The notes under the pieces were generated by a model. The model did not search any database and was not told where the DNA came from. It saw nothing but the letters and a program-made list of their open reading frames with translations. Positions 46,192 through 55,614 of a stretch of 64,000 nt of DNA are shown piece by piece (position 1 is the first letter of the stretch; the number at the start of each line of letters is the position of its first letter). Made by a program: the position numbers and the translations under genes. The DNA is taken from IMG/VR virus record IMGVR_UViG_3300042569_002633. One strand, given 5' to 3'. The DNA is from an uncultured virus (IMG/VR IMGVR_UViG_3300042569_002633) (taxonomy: Duplodnaviria > Heunggongvirae > Uroviricota > Caudoviricetes).

Positions 46192-47745
46192 TTAAACATC
46201 CACAAGAGGAAACGGAGAGTATTTTTGAAGAATACCCGATGTGTTAATAGCCCATTGTCTCTTAGCTAAAGTGAGCACCTGCCTCATCCCTCTAGCACTA
46301 TCATAAGTAACATCCATACCAACAACCACATAATTACCAGAGAGGAAGTTATCGAGAACTGGCTGATCTTGGCTATCTGATTTGTAATTCTCTACTGTAC
46401 CGGTGTTAGCCTTCCTTTTATCTTGTGAGGCATAGACATACATCTGAACTGGCAGTACCTGTCCTCTATAGATACCCGCAAAATAGGTGACCATCTCGAC
46501 TTTAAATAAGAGCTTTGTAGCATCTTCTATATTCATTAAATTCTGATATCTAGCGTGGAAATAGTTGGGGTGGGTACCTGGATTATCCTCACTATATTCA
46601 TTCACAACACCCAGCCATTCTATTCTTCTCTCATTTTTATACAAATCCTCAGTAGCTCTACCTTTTTGTAAAACTGTATTGGCCCCTATGCTATCGGGTG
46701 TTCCTGATTCTATATCATAGCCAACAATCTTATCCTCAAGATTACTGGTTTGGTTATTCTCGTCATAATAAGTTATTCTTGTGAAATAGCCGGTCTTATT
46801 TGATTTCTGACCTGCACCAGAAACTAATATGAATCCGGACAAAGCAAAAGGGACAGATCCGGCCTTCCAAGAGTTACTAATAATAAGCGGGGTCTGTTTA
46901 GGTTCGGGATTAGCAGCACTAGGCAATACGGTATCTGGTGTGATACTAGAAGGACTTACTGAAACCATTGCGACAACTTCAGGGTCCCCGCTGTATAAAA
47001 ATTGGCTACCCATATTTACAAAATTAAGATTATAATAGCAGTCTATAAAAGACATATAAAAGCTATTGTCATCCTTGTATGAATCCCCAGTGACGTCTTT
47101 TACGAAATCGAAATAGGAATAATTTGGACAAATCCAATTCATCGTATCGTTTAGATTTGAATCATTGGTAGAAAATCCGAGATCTAAATCCTGAGCAACC
47201 TGAAAAAGAGCATCATAAGATGTCGAAGCTCTAAAAGATTTACTTCTGTTTGTATAAATGCCAGGAACCCTGCATTCTGCAAGAATATTAAACTTCAGAT
47301 TCCGACCTAGTCCATCCGAATCGATTCCTTTATCTGCTAATTTGGAAGTCAATTCTGCATCTACCGTAAGTATATTAAAATCCATCCTGATAGGCTTATA
47401 GACGTCCTCCAGAGATCTAATATAAACGGATACTATGTCGCCATCTTTAGGGTAGCTGACTGAAAGGAATGATGTTTCCATAGCAGTAAAGCTGAGTCTA
47501 ATAACGGGCATAAACCCATTCATATCTAAGTTAAAATACTGAAGATACTTGGTAACGTAATATCCATTAATAACGACAAGTGGTGTCTTACTTCCCAGGG
47601 TAGCGTCGCTATTGTCCGCTGCTAAATCCTTCGCTAACTCACCCTGTCCCTCTGTGGTTTTAGCTAGGTCCCCTATTTGATCTAGCTTAATGGAGTTACT
47701 AGCTACTGTTGCTATTTGAATTTGGTCTTTAGATATCGTAGCCAT
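46192..47745 (-). CDS. baseplate hub protein (gp27/late control D-like)
   Basis: Sits between a gp53-like gene and the spike; FIDCYYNLNFV and a C-terminal FLSGNYVVVGMDVTY...QVLTLAKR are typical of hub proteins. Confidence 0.6.
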   Translation of the reverse strand: MATISKDQIQIATVASNSIKLDQIGDLAKTTEGQGELAKDLAADNSDATLGSKTPLVVINGYYVTKYLQYFNLDMNGFMPVIRLSFTAMETSFLSVSYPKDGDIVSVYIRSLEDVYKPIRMDFNILTVDAELTSKLADKGIDSDGLGRNLKFNILAECRVPGIYTNRSKSFRASTSYDALFQVAQDLDLGFSTNDSNLNDTMNWICPNYSYFDFVKDVTGDSYKDDNSFYMSFIDCYYNLNFVNMGSQFLYSGDPEVVAMVSVSPSSITPDTVLPSAANPEPKQTPLIISNSWKAGSVPFALSGFILVSGAGQKSNKTGYFTRITYYDENNQTSNLEDKIVGYDIESGTPDSIGANTVLQKGRATEDLYKNERRIEWLGVVNEYSEDNPGTHPNYFHARYQNLMNIEDATKLLFKVEMVTYFAGIYRGQVLPVQMYVYASQDKRKANTGTVENYKSDSQDQPVLDNFLSGNYVVVGMDVTYDSARGMRQVLTLAKRQWAINTSGILQKYSPFPLVDV

Positions 47746-47753
47746 TTAAAAAT

Positions 47754-48350
47754 TTATTGCTGATTACTATTAGAATTATTAACCCCATTAACTCCACCGC
47801 CACCCGCATCTGGTCCAAATACTATAATTCCATTCTTTCTTACCGTTGGTCTTTCACCGGCTTGTGACATGTTCGGCGGTAGTATCTGTGCTGGCTGTTT
47901 TTTTACCTTAGATTCCACAAACTTTTTTCTTCCCTCACTTGCCTTTACTATCTTTTGTTCCTGACTTTTTCTAAATGCATCCGAAGGACTAGAGTTTGTA
48001 TTCCCGCCTTTTTCTAGCTTCTTTTTTACATCAAATGCATTCTCAAATGTTGATACCTTAGGTAAATATAAGAATTGGCCAGATCCTATCGCAAATGGAT
48101 TCGCTATGTTATTAAATTTACAAATAGATCCCATTAAAGACTGATCCCCGTATTTTGCTGATGCTATTATATCAGGTCTCATCGTATCGTCATCACTGAG
48201 CATATAAATAGAATCTATCTGAACGTTTACATTCAGATAGCTAAGAGATGACTTAGTAAGATCCCATATACCAAGATTTGCATTCATCTGGTCCTTATTG
48301 GGATTGAAAACGTTCTTATTTCTATAAAGGGTATCTATTGATAGTGCCAT
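47754..48350 (-). CDS. gp53: baseplate wedge protein, gp53/LysM-like
   Basis: MRPDIIASAKYGD...ICKFNNIANPF...GQFLYLP LysM-like motif. Confidence 0.7.
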   Translation of the reverse strand: MALSIDTLYRNKNVFNPNKDQMNANLGIWDLTKSSLSYLNVNVQIDSIYMLSDDDTMRPDIIASAKYGDQSLMGSICKFNNIANPFAIGSGQFLYLPKVSTFENAFDVKKKLEKGGNTNSSPSDAFRKSQEQKIVKASEGRKKFVESKVKKQPAQILPPNMSQAGERPTVRKNGIIVFGPDAGGGGVNGVNNSNSNQQ

Positions 48351-48366
48351 GTTAAATTAAAATATT

Positions 48367-50220
48367 TTAAGGATTGGTTATCGGTCCCTGTGAATCAGCA
48401 TCACTCTGCGTGTATGGTAAAGATCCCGATGTAGTTCTTTGAGCATAGTTCTGATTAATTATATTACCCTGAGTATCAGAAAATGCTCCATCCGATTGTC
48501 CATTTGCATAAGTCTGTAGTGATGACTGGTATAATCTACCGTCTCCCCTATTAAACATCGATTCAATATCACCTCTTTCCCTATCTCTCCCGTGTTTTAA
48601 TGAATACGTAGCTTTTAATTCCGCTGGGAAGTCATCAGGTCCCAATCTTTCAGAAAACTCAATCTTAACGTTTTCACAAATGAGATTACCTATCATCGCT
48701 ATGGGATTACATGGGTTACCAACTACAAGATGCCATTCCCCGATTGGTGCACCTGTTAAAAAAGAAAGAGGTAATTGAACCTTTGCTATAAATGACTCCT
48801 GTATACCTATACTGACGGCTCTTTCAACAGCGGGTCCACCTGTCCCATCCGTTACCACCTTGCTAAGATCATCTGTACCGTTTGCGCCTATCGTCTCCTT
48901 TATTTTTCCGGCTGCTGCAGAAGCTGCTCCTGCTTGAGCCGATGACAATAGTGCACTTATGTCAGTTGCGCTGTTTTTTATAAAATTGATAGGGTCCCTA
49001 TAAAAACTAGCAAGTCCTGCATTCCCGCCGGGGAATCCTATTGAAGGAAATTCGCTATTGTATCTTATATTAGGTGTTAAAAAGTTACCATAATTAGTAC
49101 CCAATCCAAGTAAACTTCCCATAAGGTCAAGCATAGCTGCTTTTGTATTAACCTCCCCTATGGAGGTCAGGTCATAATGGAAGGAAATAGACATCTCTGT
49201 ATTTGTGAAGGATAATCCCCTACCTCTTACATATGCATTACTTACAGTATCTACACTGGTCCATATAAAATCTGATAAAGGGCCGGTCGTCTCACCTATA
49301 GCTTTATCTCTTAAAGCAGAAGCTAAACCCCCTCTTTCTGCGGTTTGGTTAGGGTCAGATATTGATGCAAGCAAGGCTAGTATATTTTCTGCGCTTTCAG
49401 CATTACTTACTGCAGCCTCACCAAGAAATTTGGCAATATCCTGTATTGTATATGGTAGAGAATTAAAGAGTCCTTTATCAAAAGCTTCTTGAGTTATTAA
49501 AGCTGACTGTGCCTTAGTATCCCATACCAATCCCGTTGTAAATCCTATTAGGCTGCTCAAAGTATTACCGGTATCCCCACCTAGCCATGTAACTGCTTGA
49601 GCTACTGGTCTTCCTGCTCCCTCCCTTCTAGTTGAATCGGAATTGGCTACATTCGAAGGCAAGCTTAAATTATCCCTCATTGGGGTTGGGAATCTTCTTA
49701 GAGTGACCATGTAGTTATTAGGTATAGTTCCGTAATATTTACAATAGAGGAAATCCTTCCAATTATACGGAGCAGCAAGTCCTCCTACTATAGAGCCTCC
49801 AAGATTATTAGAAAGATAACTGTTCAAAGTATTGCTCAGAGATGATGCCTCTAAAGCTGCGCTGCTGCTAACTAGAAAAGCAGCAGAGGGGTTCTTAGAT
49901 TGTATAGAGGATATCTTTGAATTGTATGTTGCATTCTCTGAGCTGTAATAAGACTCCATGAAATCATTCTCACCATTCCCGAATGCATACATAAGAAACT
50001 GCCCATACTTACCGGGTCTTCTAAAACCAGCGTCATAGAAAAGAGTTCTTGGCGCAGGACCTTTAAAAGGATTATCTGAACCTAGATTACTAGCTCTCTG
50101 TATCGTATTCTGAGCATTGAGCTGAAGAATTCTCTCATCGTAAAGAACGGAGGGAGTATTCGAATCGAGAACATTAGATTGACCAATGTCAACTCCATTT
50201 ACTATGTAATAATAACCCAT
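48367..50220 (-). CDS. putative baseplate/tail-tube initiator protein
   Basis: 617 aa preceding the gp53-like gene; C-terminal WHLVVGNP...IGNLICENVKIEF...FPAELKATYSLK is a tube-like fold pattern. Confidence 0.5.
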   Translation of the reverse strand: MGYYYIVNGVDIGQSNVLDSNTPSVLYDERILQLNAQNTIQRASNLGSDNPFKGPAPRTLFYDAGFRRPGKYGQFLMYAFGNGENDFMESYYSSENATYNSKISSIQSKNPSAAFLVSSSAALEASSLSNTLNSYLSNNLGGSIVGGLAAPYNWKDFLYCKYYGTIPNNYMVTLRRFPTPMRDNLSLPSNVANSDSTRREGAGRPVAQAVTWLGGDTGNTLSSLIGFTTGLVWDTKAQSALITQEAFDKGLFNSLPYTIQDIAKFLGEAAVSNAESAENILALLASISDPNQTAERGGLASALRDKAIGETTGPLSDFIWTSVDTVSNAYVRGRGLSFTNTEMSISFHYDLTSIGEVNTKAAMLDLMGSLLGLGTNYGNFLTPNIRYNSEFPSIGFPGGNAGLASFYRDPINFIKNSATDISALLSSAQAGAASAAAGKIKETIGANGTDDLSKVVTDGTGGPAVERAVSIGIQESFIAKVQLPLSFLTGAPIGEWHLVVGNPCNPIAMIGNLICENVKIEFSERLGPDDFPAELKATYSLKHGRDRERGDIESMFNRGDGRLYQSSLQTYANGQSDGAFSDTQGNIINQNYAQRTTSGSLPYTQSDADSQGPITNP

Positions 50221-50268
50221 TAGGAATATAGTTAATTTAGGGGTGGTATCTTTAGCATATCACCCTAA

Positions 50269-50276
50269 TATATATT
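50269..50276 (-). promoter_or_regulatory. putative late promoter AATATATA
   Basis: Motif variant upstream of ATG 50220, followed by an imperfect hairpin at 50237-50268. Confidence 0.5.
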
Positions 50277-50297
50277 CCTCCAAGAATAGACGGTAAA

Positions 50298-50573
50298 TTA
50301 ATCCTCAGAGACAGAATCCCAATCTCTTTTTATAACAAGATTCTTAAAAGAACCATATGTTGACTCCGGGGGAGCTAGGTTCAACGAGGATGGTGTATAT
50401 TCAGAATCACTTACTTCTTGCGTTTCTATCTGCTCATTCTTTAATTTTTGCAGATATCTCCTACGTATCTCCGCTCCCATCTCAGATGTAATGATTTCAT
50501 TCAAAGAATTTGTAGGGTCAACTTTTTTAAGTTCCCTCTGTAATCTCCTTCTTTCTCTTCTATTTTGACTCAT
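50298..50573 (-). CDS. small hypothetical protein with Arg-rich N-terminus
   Basis: 91 aa, begins MSQNRRERRRLQRELKK. Confidence 0.6.
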   Translation of the reverse strand: MSQNRRERRRLQRELKKVDPTNSLNEIITSEMGAEIRRRYLQKLKNEQIETQEVSDSEYTPSSLNLAPPESTYGSFKNLVIKRDWDSVSED

Positions 50574-50580
50574 AAAAAAA

Positions 50581-51165
50581 TTATAAAGTGATATTAAATC
50601 CCTTTGGTTTGAAAAGATCCTCTGAATCTGGATTGTGTAGATCCTTTCCTAATACAAATTTAAAAAGCTTTAAAAATAAAGCTGGAATGAAAACGTCCTT
50701 ACATTTAACAACGTCATTAGCTGGGATGAAGACAAATTTAGAAAGAGCTTCTTGCTCAGTTCCGTCTGTAGGGGGTTCCTCTCTTTTCAAATCGCTAACA
50801 TCAACAGCAAAACAAGGCTGCTCGTGATCAACAAACTTAGATGATATTGCATTTCCTAGAAAATACCATCTATCGTTATCGCTTACCATATACCCGGATT
50901 CCTCGTGTAGTTCTCTTTTAGCTGTTTCTAAAAAGTTAGGATCCTCGTCATCGCTAGATCCAGTGATAGGAGAGATTGAATATCCGCCTTCTCTAAAAAC
51001 ATTATACTCCTTCAAAACACCAATAAGTAGGGGAAGTCCCTCTTTATCAGCGATATAAGGGAGAATAACAACATTGGAGAAGTTAGGAACTATTCCTACT
51101 TTACCATCTCTTTCTATCAGATTTAAGTATTCTGATGAAAACAATACTTTGTCATCATTCTTCAT
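50581..51165 (-). CDS. Nudix hydrolase
   Basis: Nudix box variant GSSDDEDPNFLETAKRELHEESG. Confidence 0.85.
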   Translation of the reverse strand: MKNDDKVLFSSEYLNLIERDGKVGIVPNFSNVVILPYIADKEGLPLLIGVLKEYNVFREGGYSISPITGSSDDEDPNFLETAKRELHEESGYMVSDNDRWYFLGNAISSKFVDHEQPCFAVDVSDLKREEPPTDGTEQEALSKFVFIPANDVVKCKDVFIPALFLKLFKFVLGKDLHNPDSEDLFKPKGFNITL

Positions 51166-51808
51166 TTTCTTCTCTTATCTTTTTATTTTTTACAGTTTCC
51201 TTTTGTACGGCTGGTTTTTGATTTCCTGAGCCATAATAATTTTCTCTTATTGATTTCGAAAGAGTGTTTCTAATATCATCGATGTCTATACTATCTATGA
51301 TAAATTGCACAATTTCATTCTCAGCATCGTCAAAGGAACTGGTTAGAACATTAAAAAGATCTTTGGATGGCAGAGGCACTTTAATCTTAAACTCTATTTC
51401 AACCGGTTTCTTTTTTTGTCTAGCTAACAAATTATATATCGGAGATTGTGAAGCTTCATTTACAGCAGTTCCAGTATCACCAAATTTTATAGACGAAACA
51501 GATGCCTGTGACTGTGGAGCTGGTGTAGGTGCAGGGCGGGGCTCAACTCTTTGAGCCGGGTACCACGTCATATATTCCTCGAGAATATTGTAGTTAATCC
51601 TAGAACCACCCTTAAAGTGTATATAAAATTGATCATCCTGCTGTGTAACAGTATCGAATGAGACAACATTCATTAAATTTTCACCTTTGATCCATTGAAA
51701 ATCGTGATTAGTGTATCTATTGGTTAAAATCTCAACACTGATTTCTTCTCCGTTATCAGACATATTCCTTTTTTTTATTTTAAAAATATTTGCAATTCTC
51801 TCGAACAT
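51155..51808 (-). CDS. hypothetical protein (alternative start ATG 51763)
   Basis: 217-aa ORF coupled to the Nudix gene. Confidence 0.6.
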   Translation of the reverse strand: MFERIANIFKIKKRNMSDNGEEISVEILTNRYTNHDFQWIKGENLMNVVSFDTVTQQDDQFYIHFKGGSRINYNILEEYMTWYPAQRVEPRPAPTPAPQSQASVSSIKFGDTGTAVNEASQSPIYNLLARQKKKPVEIEFKIKVPLPSKDLFNVLTSSFDDAENEIVQFIIDSIDIDDIRNTLSKSIRENYYGSGNQKPAVQKETVKNKKIREENEE

Positions 51809-51840
51809 CCAGTTCTTTTTATTTTATTCGAAAAATTCAC

Positions 51841-51975
51841 TTAGTTTCCCATGTTATAGAAGTAAATCCTAGTCATAATTTGATCACCAGACATTCCAAA
51901 TTCGTAGATAAGGCTGCCATTTGGATTAGATATTTTTAAAATCTGGCCGTGGTTAATCGAATCTATTCTTTCCAT
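51841..51975 (-). CDS. 44-aa small ORF not in the ORF track
   Basis: Translates as MERIDSINHGQILKISNPNGSLIYEFGMSGDQIMTRIYFYNMGN*; its ATG is 6 nt after a promoter -10 box. Confidence 0.45.
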   Translation of the reverse strand: MERIDSINHGQILKISNPNGSLIYEFGMSGDQIMTRIYFYNMGN

Positions 51976-51981
51976 GATTAG

Positions 51982-52010
51982 ATTCTAGAGATAAAAATGG
52001 ATAAGTTTCC
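51982..52010 (-). promoter_or_regulatory. putative early/middle promoter GGAAAC-N17-TAGAAT
   Basis: Matches the second promoter class; intergenic. Confidence 0.5.
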
Positions 52011-52011
52011 T

Positions 52012-53001
52012 TTATTTTTTATTTGAAAAGTTCAAATAAATGTCAGACACCTCTTTTTCGGGCATAAATTCCTTAAGAAGATCCCCAACTTCATTGATGT
52101 GATTAATATCTTTCTGGCCAGCCTTGTATGTTCTGGAGTCGTCCGAATATTGATAGTCCCAATCATGTGACTTTAGAAGCTCTGTGTAATAATTAAGCAG
52201 GTCGTCTTTCTCTGCTTGCTTCTCTTTATTAAGAGATCTTAGTATCAGATACCTTAGATATGGATCATTTTCAACCTCTGTTATTCTAGCACTTGCTTGA
52301 TAATTTTTACCCCCTATGCTGAATATAAAGGAAGGCTGATTGGATCCCTTAGTGTAGCTGAATCTTATAGCAGGTCTTGTTTCTTTCTTAGAAGAATATA
52401 TTTCAAAGTCACCAACAAGATCCTCCTTGGATCTTTTGTTTATTATAACATTCAGTCCATTCTCTGTTATACCCTCAAATTGGTAATCTGAATTTCCTCT
52501 TTCTAGAGAAGCAATAGCGTCATTAAGGCCAACCTGATCTAGTATTAAATCTAGGTCATCCTTGGCCTGTTCCAAAATATCATCTATTCCCTTTCTCTTC
52601 TTTAATTCTTGCGAGTCCACGAAGTCATTCAGGAAATTTTCTAATTTTCTTCTGTTAGCTTCGTCCTTGAACCAGTAAGTGTAAGATGGTATTTCAACAG
52701 AATAATAAGCACCAGAGCTAGAAACGTATTTCTTTTTGAAGCATGCTGAAGATGGAATCCATAAATACTCGGAGTGCTTACCGTCTGGCTTAACATAAGC
52801 TAATGCAACAGCCTTTTCAGTTTTCTTAGCAATGTTTATATAGGATTCGTCCATTCGATCCCCGTTTAGAAGGGAATCGCACATTCTTATATCATAGCCT
52901 CCGTCCCATCTTTCACTTATGTTATAAGAAGAAGATCCTCCTTTGAAACTGGGGGAAGACTCGTTTATGAATAAATTAAAATCCAGCAATCTGTTATTCA
53001 T
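52012..53001 (-). CDS. hypothetical protein, possible internal head protein
   Basis: N-terminus MNNRLLDFNLFINE; C-terminal HDWDYQYSDD motif. ATG 53001 preferred over TTG 53007. Confidence 0.6.
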   Translation of the reverse strand: MNNRLLDFNLFINESSPSFKGGSSSYNISERWDGGYDIRMCDSLLNGDRMDESYINIAKKTEKAVALAYVKPDGKHSEYLWIPSSACFKKKYVSSSGAYYSVEIPSYTYWFKDEANRRKLENFLNDFVDSQELKKRKGIDDILEQAKDDLDLILDQVGLNDAIASLERGNSDYQFEGITENGLNVIINKRSKEDLVGDFEIYSSKKETRPAIRFSYTKGSNQPSFIFSIGGKNYQASARITEVENDPYLRYLILRSLNKEKQAEKDDLLNYYTELLKSHDWDYQYSDDSRTYKAGQKDINHINEVGDLLKEFMPEKEVSDIYLNFSNKK

Positions 53002-53431
53002 TTCCAAAAAATACCGTGATTATGAAATTGCTAACGTTTAAACTATTACCCATATTGATTTCTATTCTAGAAGGGTTAGTTGGAATTATGCTATCCAATT
53101 CAATGGGTCTTATTCTTCCGTGCTCTATATTTTGTCCCGGAGCAATATCAAGATCAATCTCCTCGACATCATTTGGGTATTTGTCAACAGAAAAGACTAA
53201 CTCTATCATATCCACTCTGAAAGATATTCCTTCTATTCCGGACTTAGTGGCTATAGTCTCTATAGAATATTCCACCGAGGCGTTCACGTCAGATAGCTCC
53301 TTTAGTTCAACTGGAACATTTTCTAATGATATGTCAGTTTCTCCAAGAGTATGTATAAAAGAGTATTCACCTCTAGCATGTTTATCAGTCTTGGCAGCTG
53401 CAAAATGTTGATAGTCTTGTATTCTTCCCAT
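52994..53431 (-). CDS. hypothetical protein
   Basis: 145 aa behind a late promoter; N-terminus MGRIQDYQHF. Confidence 0.6.
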   Translation of the reverse strand: MGRIQDYQHFAAAKTDKHARGEYSFIHTLGETDISLENVPVELKELSDVNASVEYSIETIATKSGIEGISFRVDMIELVFSVDKYPNDVEEIDLDIAPGQNIEHGRIRPIELDSIIPTNPSRIEINMGNSLNVSNFIITVFFGNE

Positions 53432-53445
53432 AATTTAATCAATTC

Positions 53446-53453
53446 TATATATC
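53446..53453 (-). promoter_or_regulatory. putative late promoter GATATATA
   Basis: Recurrent octamer upstream of ATG 53431. Confidence 0.65.
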
Positions 53454-53469
53454 TTCCTGAGATTTTTTT

Positions 53470-53498
53470 GTAACCATATATAAGATAACAGGTATAAT
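53470..53498 (+). promoter_or_regulatory. putative early/middle promoter GTAACC-N17-TATAAT
   Basis: Divergent from the late promoter; -10 box is 9 nt before ATG 53508. Confidence 0.55.
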
Positions 53499-53507
53499 AA
53501 AAAAGAC

Positions 53508-54242
53508 ATGGAGAAGTTGAACCCAATATGGTTTTTGGAAAGTCCTCTTGACATAGAGCACAAAAGCTATGTGCTTTTAGATTTTTTAAAGAATAAAAGT
53601 CAAAATCTAGACGGTCCCTCGGTACTGAGCAGTTTAAAAGAGATATCTACTCTTGTTAAAGCAATGAACTCCTTCAAAGAAAGAAGGAAAATACCTGAGT
53701 CTTTACTGGCTGGCTCGTCTAAAGAAGCCCTATCAGAATACAATAAAATAACGGGTCTTCCCAGAGAGAATGAAGTTCTAAAAGAGATAGACGAGGTTAT
53801 ATCATCTTCTTTAGAGATATTATACGAATTCTCGGAGATATGCTTAGAGATCATTAAAGAGGAAGAGGAAAAGATCAAGATATTCAAGCTGGAATCTAAA
53901 TACGATAGAATTTCAGGGCTTTCTGAATCCGGTGTTCTACTAATAAGAAATATGGTAACAGAAAGGTTGATTCCATATTATTGGAGGGAAACAATAATGA
54001 ATACAGGGGGAAGTAAAAAGGATGTGATAGTAATGAAAAAAATATCCTTAAACAATAAGAAATTCTCACTATCGTACGAGCACATCTACCACGAGATCTT
54101 ATCGGAAATGGGCGCTGATAAAAATTTCACTCCAGCTTTCTACGTTGTTGAGATATACGAAAACTTTTCAGAAAAATCAGACATTCTGAAATTAGCGAAA
54201 GATAAATTCATAGAGACGCTATCTAAGAGAAGAAAGCAATAA
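53508..54242 (+). CDS. hypothetical protein (only credible plus-strand gene)
   Basis: 244-aa ORF filling a gap in the minus-strand gene array, with its own promoter and terminator. Confidence 0.75.
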   Translation: MEKLNPIWFLESPLDIEHKSYVLLDFLKNKSQNLDGPSVLSSLKEISTLVKAMNSFKERRKIPESLLAGSSKEALSEYNKITGLPRENEVLKEIDEVISSSLEILYEFSEICLEIIKEEEEKIKIFKLESKYDRISGLSESGVLLIRNMVTERLIPYYWRETIMNTGGSKKDVIVMKKISLNNKKFSLSYEHIYHEILSEMGADKNFTPAFYVVEIYENFSEKSDILKLAKDKFIETLSKRRKQ

Positions 54243-54270
54243 AAAAGCCCCGAGAAACTCGAGGCTTTTA
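54241..54270. terminator. bidirectional terminator between convergent genes
   Basis: AAAAAAGCCCCGAG-AAA-CTCGAGGCTTTT hairpin with A- and T-runs on both sides. Confidence 0.7.
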
Positions 54271-54282
54271 AAAGTTTTTTTA

Positions 54283-54852
54283 TTATCTTTTGGTAAAATC
54301 TGCCCTAGCTGGACCTATATTATTTTTCATTCTATATTCATTACCTCTCATAGCTTCGGCGAAAAATTCGAAAACTTCAGCAGCTTTTACAGGATCAATG
54401 TTCCTAAATCGTCTATCTAAAAGGTCGTTAATTATTCCCTTTAGATCCCCCTCTGGTGTAGAAAGATTCTCATCTACACGGGGCAAGTCATTTAATCTAG
54501 CAAGTGTAAAAGATCCCTTAGACTCAGAAACTTCAGATCCTACATCCTGAGCTCCCCCGCCTTGTCCTAACATTTCCATCGATCCCGCATGTATAAAAGG
54601 CGCAACCTTACCGCTTTGAGGGTCTCTGAAAGAAATACCAGGATATCCTATCTTAGACTCCTTACCGAAAACTGAATCTGCATACCCAGCATAATCATAA
54701 GCAGGTTCTCTTTTAATAGGGCTTAGTCCGGAAAGACCTGGATCCCCCTCCTGATTCTCAGGAGCTAGAGGTTTATAGTTATAGTCGTGAACTTTTTTAA
54801 GGAACTGATCAAAATCAAGAACGTCCCTTTTTGCTACATCGTTTAGATTCAT
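54283..54852 (-). CDS. hypothetical protein, possible internal head protein
   Basis: 189 aa; VLDFDQFL near the N-terminus. Confidence 0.55.
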   Translation of the reverse strand: MNLNDVAKRDVLDFDQFLKKVHDYNYKPLAPENQEGDPGLSGLSPIKREPAYDYAGYADSVFGKESKIGYPGISFRDPQSGKVAPFIHAGSMEMLGQGGGAQDVGSEVSESKGSFTLARLNDLPRVDENLSTPEGDLKGIINDLLDRRFRNIDPVKAAEVFEFFAEAMRGNEYRMKNNIGPARADFTKR

Positions 54853-54867
54853 TTTCTTTCTTATATT

Positions 54868-55578
54868 TTAGAACGTGTCGGTCATTTTGCTAGGTCTTGA
54901 TAAAGAACCAACTAATGTAGAAAACCAATTTGATTCACCACCAGTTTCAGCTTTAGCCTTTGCTTGAAGATCTTTAGCTCTCTTAATTGCCAAAGGACTC
55001 TGAGTAGCTAAAGCTTTACCTATTCCTTTGGATAGCTTCTCTTGTGTTGCAGGATCGAGAGTTGATGCATATTCACCTGCGCTGAATTCTATACCAGCTA
55101 TGAAATTAAGAATACCGATTATCTTTTTTCTAAGCTCATCTTCACCAAGTGCCTCGAAAGATTCAACAATTGTTCTAGTTAAAAGTCCTCCCGGATCAAG
55201 ACCAAAATTTTCAGCTAAGGGATTAAAGATTGTATCCAAACCTTTCCTTTTTACTGAATCAACTATCGCTTCAGCAAGATAAGGATTAAGGTAAGTCATA
55301 TTCAACTTTTCACCACTTAATAGAGCAGGATAATCCTCCATTGGTATTGCCTCAACTACTTCCTGTATTAACATAGAAGCAGCGGTATCTGGCTTTATAC
55401 CAAGTTTATTTAAGAGAAATTCTACAAGTTTTTGCTCAACTGCGGAACCTAATCCAGGACCAAAGAAATTAACTGCACCGGTTAATAAACTACCAGCATC
55501 AAAATCAAATTCCAATAAGCTGTCTTTCTGTGATTTACCACTAGAGAAGGATTCAAAAGATTTAATGTGATTAGACAT
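54868..55578 (-). CDS. hypothetical helical protein, possible internal head protein
   Basis: 236 aa; N-terminus MSNHIKSFESF...LLE. Confidence 0.6.
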   Translation of the reverse strand: MSNHIKSFESFSSGKSQKDSLLEFDFDAGSLLTGAVNFFGPGLGSAVEQKLVEFLLNKLGIKPDTAASMLIQEVVEAIPMEDYPALLSGEKLNMTYLNPYLAEAIVDSVKRKGLDTIFNPLAENFGLDPGGLLTRTIVESFEALGEDELRKKIIGILNFIAGIEFSAGEYASTLDPATQEKLSKGIGKALATQSPLAIKRAKDLQAKAKAETGGESNWFSTLVGSLSRPSKMTDTF

Positions 55579-55597
55579 AAAATAAGTTATTTTAGTC

Positions 55598-55605
55598 TAT
55601 ATATC
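55598..55605 (-). promoter_or_regulatory. putative late promoter GATATATA
   Basis: Recurrent octamer upstream of ATG 55578. Confidence 0.65.
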
Positions 55606-55614
55606 ACTGCTCCT

